From positions 559,314 through 623,313 of the forward strand of contig CBDEWB010000018.1 in the NCBI GenBank assembly GCA_965243765.1: 64,000 bases of DNA. Reading direction: 5' to 3'. Made by a program: the position numbers and the translations under genes. The notes under the pieces were generated by a model. The model saw nothing but the letters and a program-made list of their open reading frames with translations. It was not told the DNA's origin and did no database searches. Shown here piece after piece: positions 10,979-20,515 of the stretch (positions are counted from its first letter, which is position 1; each line of letters opens with the position of its first letter). The stretch is from Halarcobacter sp. (GTDB taxonomy: Bacteria > Campylobacterota > Campylobacteria > Campylobacterales > Arcobacteraceae).

Positions 10979-12370
10979 ATGAATACAATAGAAGTAAGAT
11001 CGCCATTTGATGATAAAGTAGTAGGAATAGTACCGTTTTCATCAGTAGAAGAAGTAGAAACTGCAATAAATTTAGCAAAAGCAACTTTTGATAATCATAA
11101 AAATGCACTTCCTAAATATAAGCGAATAGAAATTTTAGAAAATGTAGTAAAAATAATGGAAGGACAAATTGAAGAATTAACAATTCTTTGTGCTTCTGAG
11201 GGTGGAAAACCTTATATGGATTCTAAAGTAGAAATTATTAGAGCAATACATGGTGTGAAACTTGCTATTGAATCATTAAGTTCATTTAAAGGAACTGAAA
11301 TAGCTATGGGACATACTGTTTCAAGTGCAAATAGAATGGCTTATACTTTTAAAGAACCAATTGGTGTAGTTGCTGCTGTATCTGCATTTAATCATCCTTT
11401 TAATCTTGCAATTCATCAAGTAATCCCTGCAATCGCTGTTGGGTGTTCTGTTATTATTAAACCAGCAACACAAACTCCAATGTCAGCTGTTAAATTAATA
11501 GAAATATTAAAAGAAGCTGGACTTCCAAAGGGTTGGGCACAAGCTGTTGTTTGTGGAAGAGAAGCTGGTGAATTACTTGCAACATCTCCTAAAATTAACT
11601 TCTTAACTTTTATAGGTTCTGCAAAAGTTGGTTGGTACTTAAATTCTAAAGTAGCTAATGGAACTAGAGTTGCCTTAGAACATGGTGGAGTTGCTCCTGT
11701 GATTGTAGAAGCTGATGCAGATATTGATGATTTAATTCCTTCAATTGGAAAAGGTGGTTTTTACCATGCAGGTCAAGTTTGTGTATCAGTTCAAAGAGTA
11801 TATGTTCATGCATCAATTGTAGATATTGTAGCTTCTAAACTAAGTGATTATGCATCTCAATTAGTTGTTGGAGATCAATTAAATCCTAAAACTGAAGTTG
11901 GTCCATTAATTAATCATAATGAAGTAAATAGAGTTGAAGAATGGGTTAATGAAGCTATTACTAAAGGTGGGGAAATATTAACAGGTGGAAAAAGAATTTC
12001 TAATTCATTATATGAACCAACTGTTATTTTAAATCCAGCTGATGATGCTTTAGTATCTACTAAAGAAGTCTTTGGACCTGTTGTTTGTATTTATTCATAT
12101 TCTGATATTGAAGATGCTTTTGATAGAGCAAATTCTTTAGAAGTATCTTTTCAAGCTGCAATTTTCACTAAAAATATTGATACTGCTTTAAAAGCAGTAA
12201 AAAGATTAAATGGAACTGCTGTAATAGTAAATGATCATACTGCTTTTAGAGTAGATTGGATGCCATTTGGAGGAGCTAATGCTTCTGGACTTGGGATGGG
12301 TGGAATTCATCATTCTATGATTGAAATGAGTAAAGAAAAACTAATGATTATTAAATCAAGCTCTTTATAA
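10979..12370 (+). CDS. Aldehyde dehydrogenase, resembles the RL0313/ALDH21-like subgroup
   Basis: SAFNHPFNL, IKPA, FIGSAKVG, LEHGG, GQVCVS, EVFGPV, NDHTAFRVDWMPFGG. Confidence 0.9.
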   Translation: MNTIEVRSPFDDKVVGIVPFSSVEEVETAINLAKATFDNHKNALPKYKRIEILENVVKIMEGQIEELTILCASEGGKPYMDSKVEIIRAIHGVKLAIESLSSFKGTEIAMGHTVSSANRMAYTFKEPIGVVAAVSAFNHPFNLAIHQVIPAIAVGCSVIIKPATQTPMSAVKLIEILKEAGLPKGWAQAVVCGREAGELLATSPKINFLTFIGSAKVGWYLNSKVANGTRVALEHGGVAPVIVEADADIDDLIPSIGKGGFYHAGQVCVSVQRVYVHASIVDIVASKLSDYASQLVVGDQLNPKTEVGPLINHNEVNRVEEWVNEAITKGGEILTGGKRISNSLYEPTVILNPADDALVSTKEVFGPVVCIYSYSDIEDAFDRANSLEVSFQAAIFTKNIDTALKAVKRLNGTAVIVNDHTAFRVDWMPFGGANASGLGMGGIHHSMIEMSKEKLMIIKSSSL

Positions 12371-12387
12371 ATATAAATTTAAAAAAC

Positions 12388-12421
12388 AAAAAGGAAAGAG
12401 TTTATAACTTTTTCCTTTTTT
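12388..12421 (+). terminator. Intrinsic terminator after the ALDH gene
   Basis: AAAAAGGAAAGAGT-loop-ACTTTTTCCTTTTTT hairpin with T tail. Confidence 0.7.
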
Positions 12422-12612
12422 ATTGGAATCAAAATAAATAAAATAGGAGAGTGTAAACTCAAGTGTATAAACCCGCCAATTATCCTCTAACTACTTTATA
12501 TATTTTTCCATAATCTAGCTGAAAAATATGCATAGTTGAGGATAAATTTCAGACCAGTTTTTAACTTTCTAACTTTTCCATTTATTTTGAACTTCTTGGA
12601 TTGATAAATACA

Positions 12613-13575
12613 TTACCTGTTTAGTCCCAAAGACTTACTCAAAGGATTCAACTTAAAGTACTCTGGGTTTTTCCTGAATATTTGAGACATTGTATCATAA
12701 GGTGTTTTATACTTTAAAGCTTTGAGTTTTTTCTGATAATTATATAAAAGAAGAAAGCTCATCAAGTGTAACTTTAGAGCTTTTAAGGTCTCATAATGAA
12801 AAAGTTTCACAGTATGGTCTTTAAGAACTTTATTCATCACTTCTACCTGACCATTAGTCCAAGGATGTCTAAACTTAGTCAAACGGTGTTCTATTTTATA
12901 CTTTTGGCATACTATATCAAAAGGATGAATCTTATCTTTTGGTCTTAAATGTTCACTTAGAAGTGCATAAGTAAATTGAGCTCCATTATCTGTTAAAATA
13001 GTATGGATTTTAAAAGGTATATCTTGTATAAAGTTTTCTAAGAATGAACAAGCGATAGCCTGAGTCATTCTTTCATGAATTTCCACATAAGTATACTTAG
13101 TAGCACGATCTATAGCTACGAACATATAGGCTTTGCCTTCTTCACTATGAACTTCTGAAATATCTATATGGACATATCCTATATCATACTCTTTGAACTT
13201 CTTTTTTTCTGTTTTATCACGGGGTTCTTTGGGCAAACGGCTTAATCCATGACGTTGCAAGCATCTGTGTAAGTTTGACCTTGTCATTTTAGGTATCTCA
13301 TCCATCAGGGCTATAAAAACATCATCTAGTGCAAACTTGGTAACTCTTCTAAACTCACAAATTATTTGTTCTTCTTCTTGACTTAGTACTGTTGACCTTG
13401 CTATCGTCGGTCCACTTTTTTTATCAGTGATTCTATTGGCATTCTTCCATTTTGTTACTGTTTTTGGATTAAGGAACAATCTTGCAGCTAACTCTGTGAT
13501 TGTCTCTTGAGACTCTTGTATTTCTTTTCGAATTCTTGGCGTCGTCTTGGCATTAGAGTGTTGTATATTTCCCAT
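12613..13575 (-). CDS. IS481 family transposase, intact
   Basis: HSNAKTTPRIR N-terminus, VHIDI, ILTDNG, HPWTNGQVE (DDE/rve core). Confidence 0.92.
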   Translation of the reverse strand: MGNIQHSNAKTTPRIRKEIQESQETITELAARLFLNPKTVTKWKNANRITDKKSGPTIARSTVLSQEEEQIICEFRRVTKFALDDVFIALMDEIPKMTRSNLHRCLQRHGLSRLPKEPRDKTEKKKFKEYDIGYVHIDISEVHSEEGKAYMFVAIDRATKYTYVEIHERMTQAIACSFLENFIQDIPFKIHTILTDNGAQFTYALLSEHLRPKDKIHPFDIVCQKYKIEHRLTKFRHPWTNGQVEVMNKVLKDHTVKLFHYETLKALKLHLMSFLLLYNYQKKLKALKYKTPYDTMSQIFRKNPEYFKLNPLSKSLGLNR

Positions 13576-13631
13576 AAATCTACTCCTTTTATAAAATAAT
13601 AGCTGACTCCATGAGAATTAGGGACTAAACA
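12618..13631 (-). mobile_element. IS481 family element, 1014 bp, with a 6-bp target duplication
   Basis: TGTTTAGTCCC (12618) and GGGACTAAACA (to 13631) inverted ends; ATTACC at 12612-12617 and 13632-13637. Confidence 0.93.
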
Positions 13632-13717
13632 ATTACCTTAAAAGCTGAGTCTATTGTTAGAAATAAACCTTTCGATTTTGTCTTTTTTTAATTGTTGAAT
13701 TGTTGAATTTAGTGCTT

Positions 13718-13745
13718 TATAATATCCCAAGAAAACAAGACAACT
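13718..13745 (-). mobile_element. Isolated end of the IS3-type element also seen at 17243-17750
   Basis: TATAATATCCCAAGAAAACAAGACAACT is the reverse complement of 17723-17750 with one mismatch. Confidence 0.7.
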
Positions 13746-13819
13746 TTTTTTAAATTCGGTACTATTCAATAATCTCGTATAATAGAATATATCGATCAAA
13801 AAGGCTTAATAAAACTTTT

Positions 13820-14163
13820 GGATGCCTAAAAACTTAAGTTAGCTTAGGTACTATATGGGCTAAAAAGGATTTATTTACAAATGGCTATAAAAAAGTACTA
13901 AAACTTGTCCAAAGTGTCAATCTAAACTAACTAAAAAGAATGGCAAACGAAGAGGTATACAAAGATACAAATGTGCCAATTTCACCAGAAGATGATTGTA
14001 AAAAGATATATAACTCATCATACAACAAATAGTATTGATGGTGGTGTATTCTCTAATCTCAAAAAGTTAGCAAAAGTATATCCAGGAATATTAGAAAATA
14101 TGAAGATTAAAATTATAGATGAATTCTTTTATAACTATAATAATAAGTTATAAATTAGCCTCC
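13820..14163 (+). mobile_element. Internally deleted IS256/IS1249-type (Zn-binding variant) element
   Basis: KTCPKCQSKLTKKNGKRRGIQRYKC zinc ribbon joined to the C-terminal TTNSIDGGVFSNLK..KIIDEFF; ends GGATGCCTAA and TTAGCCTCC. Confidence 0.7.
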
Positions 14164-14331
14164 TATTTCTTTCATTAAGTCTTAATTTCTGCGAATAAAT
14201 TAAATATAAATTCTTTGAATATCTTAGATATTTTAAAGAATTTATATTTTCTCTCACTTTTTTAAAATGTTCTATGGTAGCTTTAGCATTTCCTTTTTCA
14301 TTAAGTATAATAGTGCAGTAATGTTCTACTT

Positions 14332-17145
14332 TTAATATCTTAATTCTCTTTCAAGATAGTATCCTGTGTATGAACCTGTTTTTTTATGATTTTTTGCTAA
14401 GTTTTCAGGCGTACCTTCTGCTATTATTTGTCCACCTTTATTTCCACCTTCAGGTCCCATATCAATAACCCAATCAGAGTTTTTTACAATATCTAAGTTA
14501 TGTTCAATTACAATTACTGAATTTCCAATTTCAACTAAATGATGAAGTACACGAGTAAGTCTATCAACATCTGCAAAATGAAGTCCAGTTGTAGGTTCAT
14601 CTAATATATATAAAGTTTTACCTGTATCTTTTTTACTTAATTCTTTGCTTAATTTTATTCTTTGGGCTTCTCCACCACTAAGTGTCACTGCATTTTGTCC
14701 TAAGGTAATATACCCAAGTCCTACATCGCTAAGTGTTTGTAGTTTTGCATTTATTTTTGGGATCTTTACAAAAAATTCTACAGCATCATCTACACTCATA
14801 TTTAGTATGTCAGAGATACTTTTTCCTTTATATAATATTTCTAAAGTTTGAGCATTATATCTTTGTCCTAAACAATCATCACATTTAACCATAATATCTG
14901 GTAAAAAGTGCATCTCTATTTTTATTTCACCTTCTCCTTGACATTTTTCACAACGCCCACCTTTTACATTAAAAGAGAAACGTCCTATTTTATATCCCCT
15001 GATTTCTGCTTCTTTTGTTTTTGAAAAAAGTAATCTTAACTCATCCATTAATCCTGTATATGTAGCAGGATTTGATCTAGGAGTTCTTCCTATTGGACTT
15101 TGATCAAGATAAATTACTTTATCAAGTTGCTCTAATCCTTTTATTGCAACATCATCTATTTTTTTTACTTTTTTTGCATGATTTAAAAGTTCTTTTGCAA
15201 CAGGAAGTAGGGTTTGTAAAATAAGAGACGATTTACCACTTCCACTAACTCCTGTAATTGCACATAAGTTTTTAAGAGGTATTTTTACATCAAGATTAAC
15301 TATATTATTAATATTTACATTTTTTATTTCAATAAAACTTTCTTGAGGTCTATTATGTACATACTCAATTTTTTTGTCCCTATTTAAATATTGAGCAGTT
15401 AATGTTTTTGCTTTATGCATCTGTTTTAAAGTTCCTGCAAAAACAATTTCTCCTCCATACTTACCAGCAAAAGGACCTATATCAACTATATAATCAGCAG
15501 CTTCAATAGTCTCTTTATCATGTTCCACCACAATAACAGAGTTACCTTTTTCTTGTAAGGCTTTTAATGTTTTGATTAGTTTATTTGTATCTCTTTCATG
15601 TAAACCAATTGATGGTTCATCTAAAACATACATAACGCCAGTAAGTCCAGAACCAATTTGTGAAGCAACTCTAATTCTTTGTGCTTCTCCTCCTGAAATA
15701 CTTCTTGCATCGCGACCAAGTGTAATATATCCAAGTCCTACATCATTTAGAAAAAATATTCTCTCTTTTATTTCTTTTAGTATTGGCGTTGCTATTAATT
15801 TATTTTGTTTACTAAGATAATCAAAATTTGTATCATCTTGAAAAAAATTATGAGACTCTTCAATGGGCAAGTTTATAAGTTCTGAAATAGTTTTTTGTGC
15901 TACATAAACACTCTGAGATGCTGGTTTCAATCTATTTCCTGTACAATCTGAACAAACCTTTTCAGTCATATATTCAGCCATCTCTTTTTCATCTTTGATC
16001 ATATCATAGGCTATTTTTATAACACCTGTCCACTTTCTTTTTAATCTATGTCTTTTCCAAGTAAATTTAGCATCTTCAACTCCACCATATAAAATAGCTT
16101 TTTGTTGATATTGTGGTAATTCTTTAAAAGCAAGTGTAATATCAATATCAGCAGCAGCAGCAAAAGCAATAAGCATTTTAAAATAATAACTTTTATTAAA
16201 ACCATAAATAACTCTAATTGCTCCTTGTTCAAGAGGAAGTTCTTCATTTATTATTTTTGTCATATCAAGAGCATATCTAATACCTAAGCCATCACAAGAA
16301 CTACAAGCACCTTTTGGTGAGTTAAATGAAAAAGATATTGGTTCTAGTGGTTCAAAAGATATTTTACAATTAAAACAAGCCATATGTTCACTATAATGAA
16401 GATGTTTTTCAATTCCAACTTCTTCATGGTTTAAAATTTCAATTTCAAGTTCTCCAAAACTCTCTTTTAGACCTTTTTCAACATCTTGAGCAATTCTTTC
16501 TTTATTCTCTTCTTTTGTAACAACTCTATCAATCACAACTTTGATTGTATGCATTTGTGTTTTAGCTAGTTTAATATCTTCATCAAGTCTAACCATAACA
16601 CCATCAATCATAGCTCGTACATAACCTTTTCCTCTTAAGCTTTCAAGTAAATCAGCAAAAGTACCTTTTTTTCTATTTATTAAAGGAGCTAAGATTACAA
16701 TTTTTGAGTTATCAGGTAATTTTAAAACTTGTGCTATAACATCAGAAGTACTCATTTGCGATATTGGTTCATTACACTTATAACAATGTTGATCTCCAAT
16801 TCTAGCATATAAAAGTCTAAAATAATCGTAAACCTCTGTAATAGTTCCAACAGTAGATCTTGGGTTTTTAGAAGTTGTTTTTTGATCAATTGCAATTGCT
16901 GGAGTTAAGCCCTCAATTCTTTCAACATCAGGCTTACCAACTTTATCTAAAAACTGTCTAGCATAAGAAGAAAGAGATTCTATATATCTTCTTTGACCTT
17001 CTGCATAAAGAGTATCGAAAGCTAGCGTAGACTTACCACTTCCACTAAGCCCTGTAAAGACTACAAGTTTATTTTTAGGAATTTCTAAATTAATATTTTT
17101 TAAGTTATTCTGTTTTGCATTAAATATTTTAATTGTATTTTTCAT
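14332..17145 (-). CDS. uvrA: Excinuclease ABC subunit A
   Basis: AKQNNLKN, GLSGSGKS, two LSGGEAQR signatures, zinc fingers; start placed at MKNTIKIF (17145). Confidence 0.97.
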   Translation of the reverse strand: MKNTIKIFNAKQNNLKNINLEIPKNKLVVFTGLSGSGKSTLAFDTLYAEGQRRYIESLSSYARQFLDKVGKPDVERIEGLTPAIAIDQKTTSKNPRSTVGTITEVYDYFRLLYARIGDQHCYKCNEPISQMSTSDVIAQVLKLPDNSKIVILAPLINRKKGTFADLLESLRGKGYVRAMIDGVMVRLDEDIKLAKTQMHTIKVVIDRVVTKEENKERIAQDVEKGLKESFGELEIEILNHEEVGIEKHLHYSEHMACFNCKISFEPLEPISFSFNSPKGACSSCDGLGIRYALDMTKIINEELPLEQGAIRVIYGFNKSYYFKMLIAFAAAADIDITLAFKELPQYQQKAILYGGVEDAKFTWKRHRLKRKWTGVIKIAYDMIKDEKEMAEYMTEKVCSDCTGNRLKPASQSVYVAQKTISELINLPIEESHNFFQDDTNFDYLSKQNKLIATPILKEIKERIFFLNDVGLGYITLGRDARSISGGEAQRIRVASQIGSGLTGVMYVLDEPSIGLHERDTNKLIKTLKALQEKGNSVIVVEHDKETIEAADYIVDIGPFAGKYGGEIVFAGTLKQMHKAKTLTAQYLNRDKKIEYVHNRPQESFIEIKNVNINNIVNLDVKIPLKNLCAITGVSGSGKSSLILQTLLPVAKELLNHAKKVKKIDDVAIKGLEQLDKVIYLDQSPIGRTPRSNPATYTGLMDELRLLFSKTKEAEIRGYKIGRFSFNVKGGRCEKCQGEGEIKIEMHFLPDIMVKCDDCLGQRYNAQTLEILYKGKSISDILNMSVDDAVEFFVKIPKINAKLQTLSDVGLGYITLGQNAVTLSGGEAQRIKLSKELSKKDTGKTLYILDEPTTGLHFADVDRLTRVLHHLVEIGNSVIVIEHNLDIVKNSDWVIDMGPEGGNKGGQIIAEGTPENLAKNHKKTGSYTGYYLERELRY

Positions 17146-17242
17146 TATCCTATCCATAGTAAAAATTAAAGCGCTTATTATAGCATAATATCGAATTTTT
17201 TTTATAATTATTAAACCACCAAATAAATATATCAAATTATGT

Positions 17243-17750
17243 TATAATACCCCAATAAAATAAGAACAAAAAATAAGATTCTTATTCCTAAAAAGATAAA
17301 ATAATAAAATATTTACTAGAACGAAAAAATAAGTACAAAAAGAAGAATATTTACAACAGAGTTTAAAACAAAAGTTGTTTTAGAAGTTTTAAAAGGTGAA
17401 AAAATCTTAAATGAGGGAGCATTAAAAGTATAGTTATAAACTACGAGGAATTGATATTATAAGAGCAAACTAAGTTTGCCCAACAAAATATAACATATAT
17501 TAAAATAAATGGTGGTATGGTTTATTTAGCAGCAATTATAAATTGGTATTCTAAAGCCGTATTGTCTTGGAAGATATCTAATACAGATCAAGGTAAGTCA
17601 ATACACAAGCTATAATCATAAAAGATTTCATCAAACTTTAAATTACAAAAAACCAATGATGAAAATTATAATAAATTATGGCATAAGGTAACAGGTGCAA
17701 AAGAGAATTATAATTTATAAATAGTTGTCTTGTTTTCTTGGGGTATTATA
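17243..17750 (+). mobile_element. Internally deleted IS3 family remnant, 508 bp
   Basis: Inverted ends TATAATACCCCAA / TTGGGGTATTATA; OrfA piece STKRRIFTTEFKTKVVLEVLKGEK with the start as ATA; OrfB piece N*VCPTNITYI..YLAAIINWYSK..WKISNTDQG. Confidence 0.8.
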
Positions 17751-17780
17751 GTTCCCTTAATGTACTAATTTAGATATAAT

Positions 17781-18221
17781 ATGCAAAAAAATAGGGTGTT
17801 TATGATTGATTTAGATAATCAAACAGATTCGAAAATTGATATTTCATATTTAGAATATATTTTAAATGGTTTAACGTCAAAAGATATAGAGTTAATACTA
17901 GTACATAACAAAGAAATAAAAGAGCTAAACTTAAAACATAGAAAGATAGATAAAGCTACTGATGTTCTTAGTTTTCCGTTAGAGTTTGATATGCCAAATA
18001 TGTCTTTAGGTGCTATTGTTATTTCTGTTGATTTTGTATCAGAAAAAGCAAAAGAATATCAACATACTTTTGAAGATGAACTGAAACTTCTTTTTATTCA
18101 TGGTCTTTTACACCTTTTGAAATTTGATCATGAAATTGACAATGGTGAGCATAGAAATAAAGAAGAAGAGTTAATAAAGAAACATAATTTACCAAATAGT
18201 TTAATTGTAAGGAATTCATAA
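17781..18221 (+). CDS. ybeY: rRNA maturation endoribonuclease
   Basis: ATDVLSFP, HGLLHLLKFDH (H3 motif). Confidence 0.93.
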   Translation: MQKNRVFMIDLDNQTDSKIDISYLEYILNGLTSKDIELILVHNKEIKELNLKHRKIDKATDVLSFPLEFDMPNMSLGAIVISVDFVSEKAKEYQHTFEDELKLLFIHGLLHLLKFDHEIDNGEHRNKEEELIKKHNLPNSLIVRNS

Positions 18222-18224
18222 AAT

Positions 18225-19142
18225 ATGGATGTATTAATATTTATTATATCAATAGGAGCACTGATTTTTGGTGCTGATTTTATTATTAAAGAGAGTGAAA
18301 AAATCGCACTGCATTACAAAATCTCACCTTTTATTATTGGAGCTACTTTAGTAGCCCTTGGAACTTCACTACCTGAAATGGCTGTTTCTATCGCTGCTTC
18401 GTTAAAAGGTGATGGAGATATTGTCGTTGCAAATGTAATTGGTAGCACGATTTTTAATATCTCACTAGTATTAGCTTTTGTTTTTATAATTGCAAAAAAT
18501 ATTGCACCTAAAAGAGATATATTTGCAAAAGATTCAGCATGGATACTTTTTCCTATTTTAGTTTTTATTCTTATGTCATTAGATGGTGTCTTAAGCACAA
18601 CGGATGGAATACTATTTTTAATTCTTATGGGCGCATATTTACTATTTTTAATCAAATCTGACAATATTGAAAAATCAGAAGCAGAAAATACAAATGAAAA
18701 GTTTGCATGGGCTAAAAGTTCTTTATTTTTTATTATTGGTTTTATTCTTACTGTTGGCGGGGCTGATTTTGCAATAAATAGTGCAGAACATATTGCGATT
18801 GATTTTGGAATAAGTGAATGGGTAATTGGACTATTTTTAGTAGCATTTGGAACTAGTTTACCAGAACTTACAATTTCTATAAAAGCTGCTTTAAATAACA
18901 ATGTAGATTTAGCTATTGGAAATATTATTGGATCAAATGTTGCAAACTTTACTATGGTTTTAGGAGTTAGTTCAATAGTAAATAACTTAAGTGTTAATTT
19001 AAGTGAATACTTTTTTGATATAGGTGCAGCAGTCATACTTTCAGTAATGTTAGTATTTATTAGTGCAAATAAAATTTATAATAAAAGTTCAGGGATTGTC
19101 TTATTGGCTATATTAGCTTTAGTTGTTCAAAATAGTCTATAA
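18225..19142 (+). CDS. Calcium/sodium antiporter (CaCA/YrbG family)
   Basis: Two alpha repeats, GTSLPE with GSTIFN and GSNVAN. Confidence 0.9.
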   Translation: MDVLIFIISIGALIFGADFIIKESEKIALHYKISPFIIGATLVALGTSLPEMAVSIAASLKGDGDIVVANVIGSTIFNISLVLAFVFIIAKNIAPKRDIFAKDSAWILFPILVFILMSLDGVLSTTDGILFLILMGAYLLFLIKSDNIEKSEAENTNEKFAWAKSSLFFIIGFILTVGGADFAINSAEHIAIDFGISEWVIGLFLVAFGTSLPELTISIKAALNNNVDLAIGNIIGSNVANFTMVLGVSSIVNNLSVNLSEYFFDIGAAVILSVMLVFISANKIYNKSSGIVLLAILALVVQNSL

Positions 19143-19147
19143 AAAAA

Positions 19148-19552
19148 TTATTTTAAACAAGAAGTACAAATACCTCTAAATGCTAAAACAGTATTTTCAA
19201 CTTTAAAACTTGTTTTAGTTGATAACAATTCTTGTAAACTTAATGTATCAATCATAATATCTTCAATTTTTCCACACTTTGAACAAACTAAATGTGAATG
19301 TTCTACTTTTGCTAATTCATAAACTGATTTAGATGCAGGAATTTTAACCTCACTTAAAAAAATCTTTTCTACCATCGCGTTTATATTTTTATATATAGTA
19401 GCTAAAGAAATAGATGGAAACTTTTTTAATAAATTTTTATAAAGATCATCAATATTCATATGTCCATAATTATATAATTCTTCAACAATAGCAACTCTTT
19501 GAGGTGTAACTTTTAAGTTATATTCCTTTAATAATATTGAACTATTAATCAT
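19148..19552 (-). CDS. Fur family regulator, probably PerR
   Basis: KVTPQR, SISLATIYKN, HSHLVCSKCG, CTSC; divergent from a rubrerythrin gene. Confidence 0.85.
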   Translation of the reverse strand: MINSSILLKEYNLKVTPQRVAIVEELYNYGHMNIDDLYKNLLKKFPSISLATIYKNINAMVEKIFLSEVKIPASKSVYELAKVEHSHLVCSKCGKIEDIMIDTLSLQELLSTKTSFKVENTVLAFRGICTSCLK

Positions 19553-19758
19553 ATTTTTCCTTTCATAAATAAAATACTACTAAAATAATAGTTAATTTCA
19601 ATCTTATAATTCTATTTATACAAATATATATAAAAACTTTATTTACTAATTAAAATTAGTAGAGGAAAATTATTTTCCTTTAAGTTAGCATCAGATAAAA
19701 TTAAAAAGAATAAAAATTATTACCTAATCAATTTTAATATCATAATAAAGGAATAAAA

Positions 19759-20412
19759 ATGCAACAGTATCAATCTTATAAATGTAACAAATGTGGAAAC
19801 GTTGTAGAAATACAAAATGTTGGTGGAGGGGAACTACACTGTTGTGGAGAAGCCATGGAAATGATTACAAAAAACTTAACAGCTGTAAACCTTATGAAAG
19901 CTTTTGCAGGAGAATCAATGGCAAGAAATAAATATGAGTACTTCGCAAAAATAGCCCAAAAAGAAGGCTTTAGAGATATTGCAGAACACTTTCAAAGAGC
20001 AGCTAATAATGAAAAAATGCATGCAAAACTTGAATTAAAAGCCTGTAATGAGCTTCTAGGAGAAGATGCATTAGGAAATACAGTTGAGAACCTAAAAGAA
20101 GCAATTGAGGGTGAATCGTATGAAAATGAGACTATGTATCCTGATTTTGCAGCTATTGCAAAAGAAGAAGGTCATAATAAAATTTCAAAAATGCTTGAAT
20201 TAATTGGGAAGATTGAGGTTGAACATGAAAATATGTATAGAGAACTTCTACGACGTCTTGAAGCTGGTGAAGAACACTTAAGTGAAAACGATGAAGAAGA
20301 GTGGATTTGTGAAGTTTGTGGATATATTCATAGAGGTAAAAAAGCACCAAAAGTTTGTCCTGTTTGTAAACATCCACAAGAGTACCAATCAAGATTAAAC
20401 GCTAAAAAATAG
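19759..20412 (+). CDS. Desulfoferrodoxin-N/rubrerythrin/rubredoxin fusion (Rrc-like)
   Basis: YKCNKCG..HCCG, AFAGESMARNKY, two ExxH motifs, CEVCG..CPVC. Confidence 0.9.
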   Translation: MQQYQSYKCNKCGNVVEIQNVGGGELHCCGEAMEMITKNLTAVNLMKAFAGESMARNKYEYFAKIAQKEGFRDIAEHFQRAANNEKMHAKLELKACNELLGEDALGNTVENLKEAIEGESYENETMYPDFAAIAKEEGHNKISKMLELIGKIEVEHENMYRELLRRLEAGEEHLSENDEEEWICEVCGYIHRGKKAPKVCPVCKHPQEYQSRLNAKK

Positions 20413-20420
20413 TATTTAAA

Positions 20421-20444
20421 TAAGAGTAGAAAACCTTACTCTTA
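20421..20444 (+). terminator. Probable intrinsic terminator
   Basis: TAAGAGTA / TACTCTTA stem followed by a T run. Confidence 0.5.
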
Positions 20445-20515
20445 ATTTTTACTTTAGGCATAAAAAACATATCTTAGATAAAATACTTTATTATTTTAAT
20501 TATACAAGGATATGA

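Larger units (their letters stand above)
12447..13717 (-). mobile_element. IS256 family 3' remnant, interrupted by IS481
   Basis: Removing the IS481 and one ATTACC copy restores KKTKSKGLFLTIDSAFKVMYLSIQEVQNKWKS*KVKNWSEIYPQLCIFF, an IS256-type C-terminus; end-like GAGAGTGTAAAC at about 12447. Confidence 0.7.

Noticed and set aside
13971-14153. 60-aa ORF as a small novel gene
   Set aside because: It is the C-terminal fragment of an IS1249-type transposase
14164-14331. Stop-free minus-strand frame downstream of uvrA
   Set aside because: No start codon or recognisable motif; could be a remnant but is unsupported
17146-17235. N-terminal extensions from the ORF track (uvrA 17235, gatA 31972, yggS 30919, ThDP enzyme 9269, regulator 54836)
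   Set aside because: Downstream starts fit the family N-termini and/or RBS positions better
18314-19036. 240-aa minus-strand ORF
   Set aside because: Antisense shadow of the antiporter, with no recognisable motifs
19553-19758. Specific PerR/Fur box
   Set aside because: TTATAAT-like half sites occur, but the region is too AT-rich to call a box by eye
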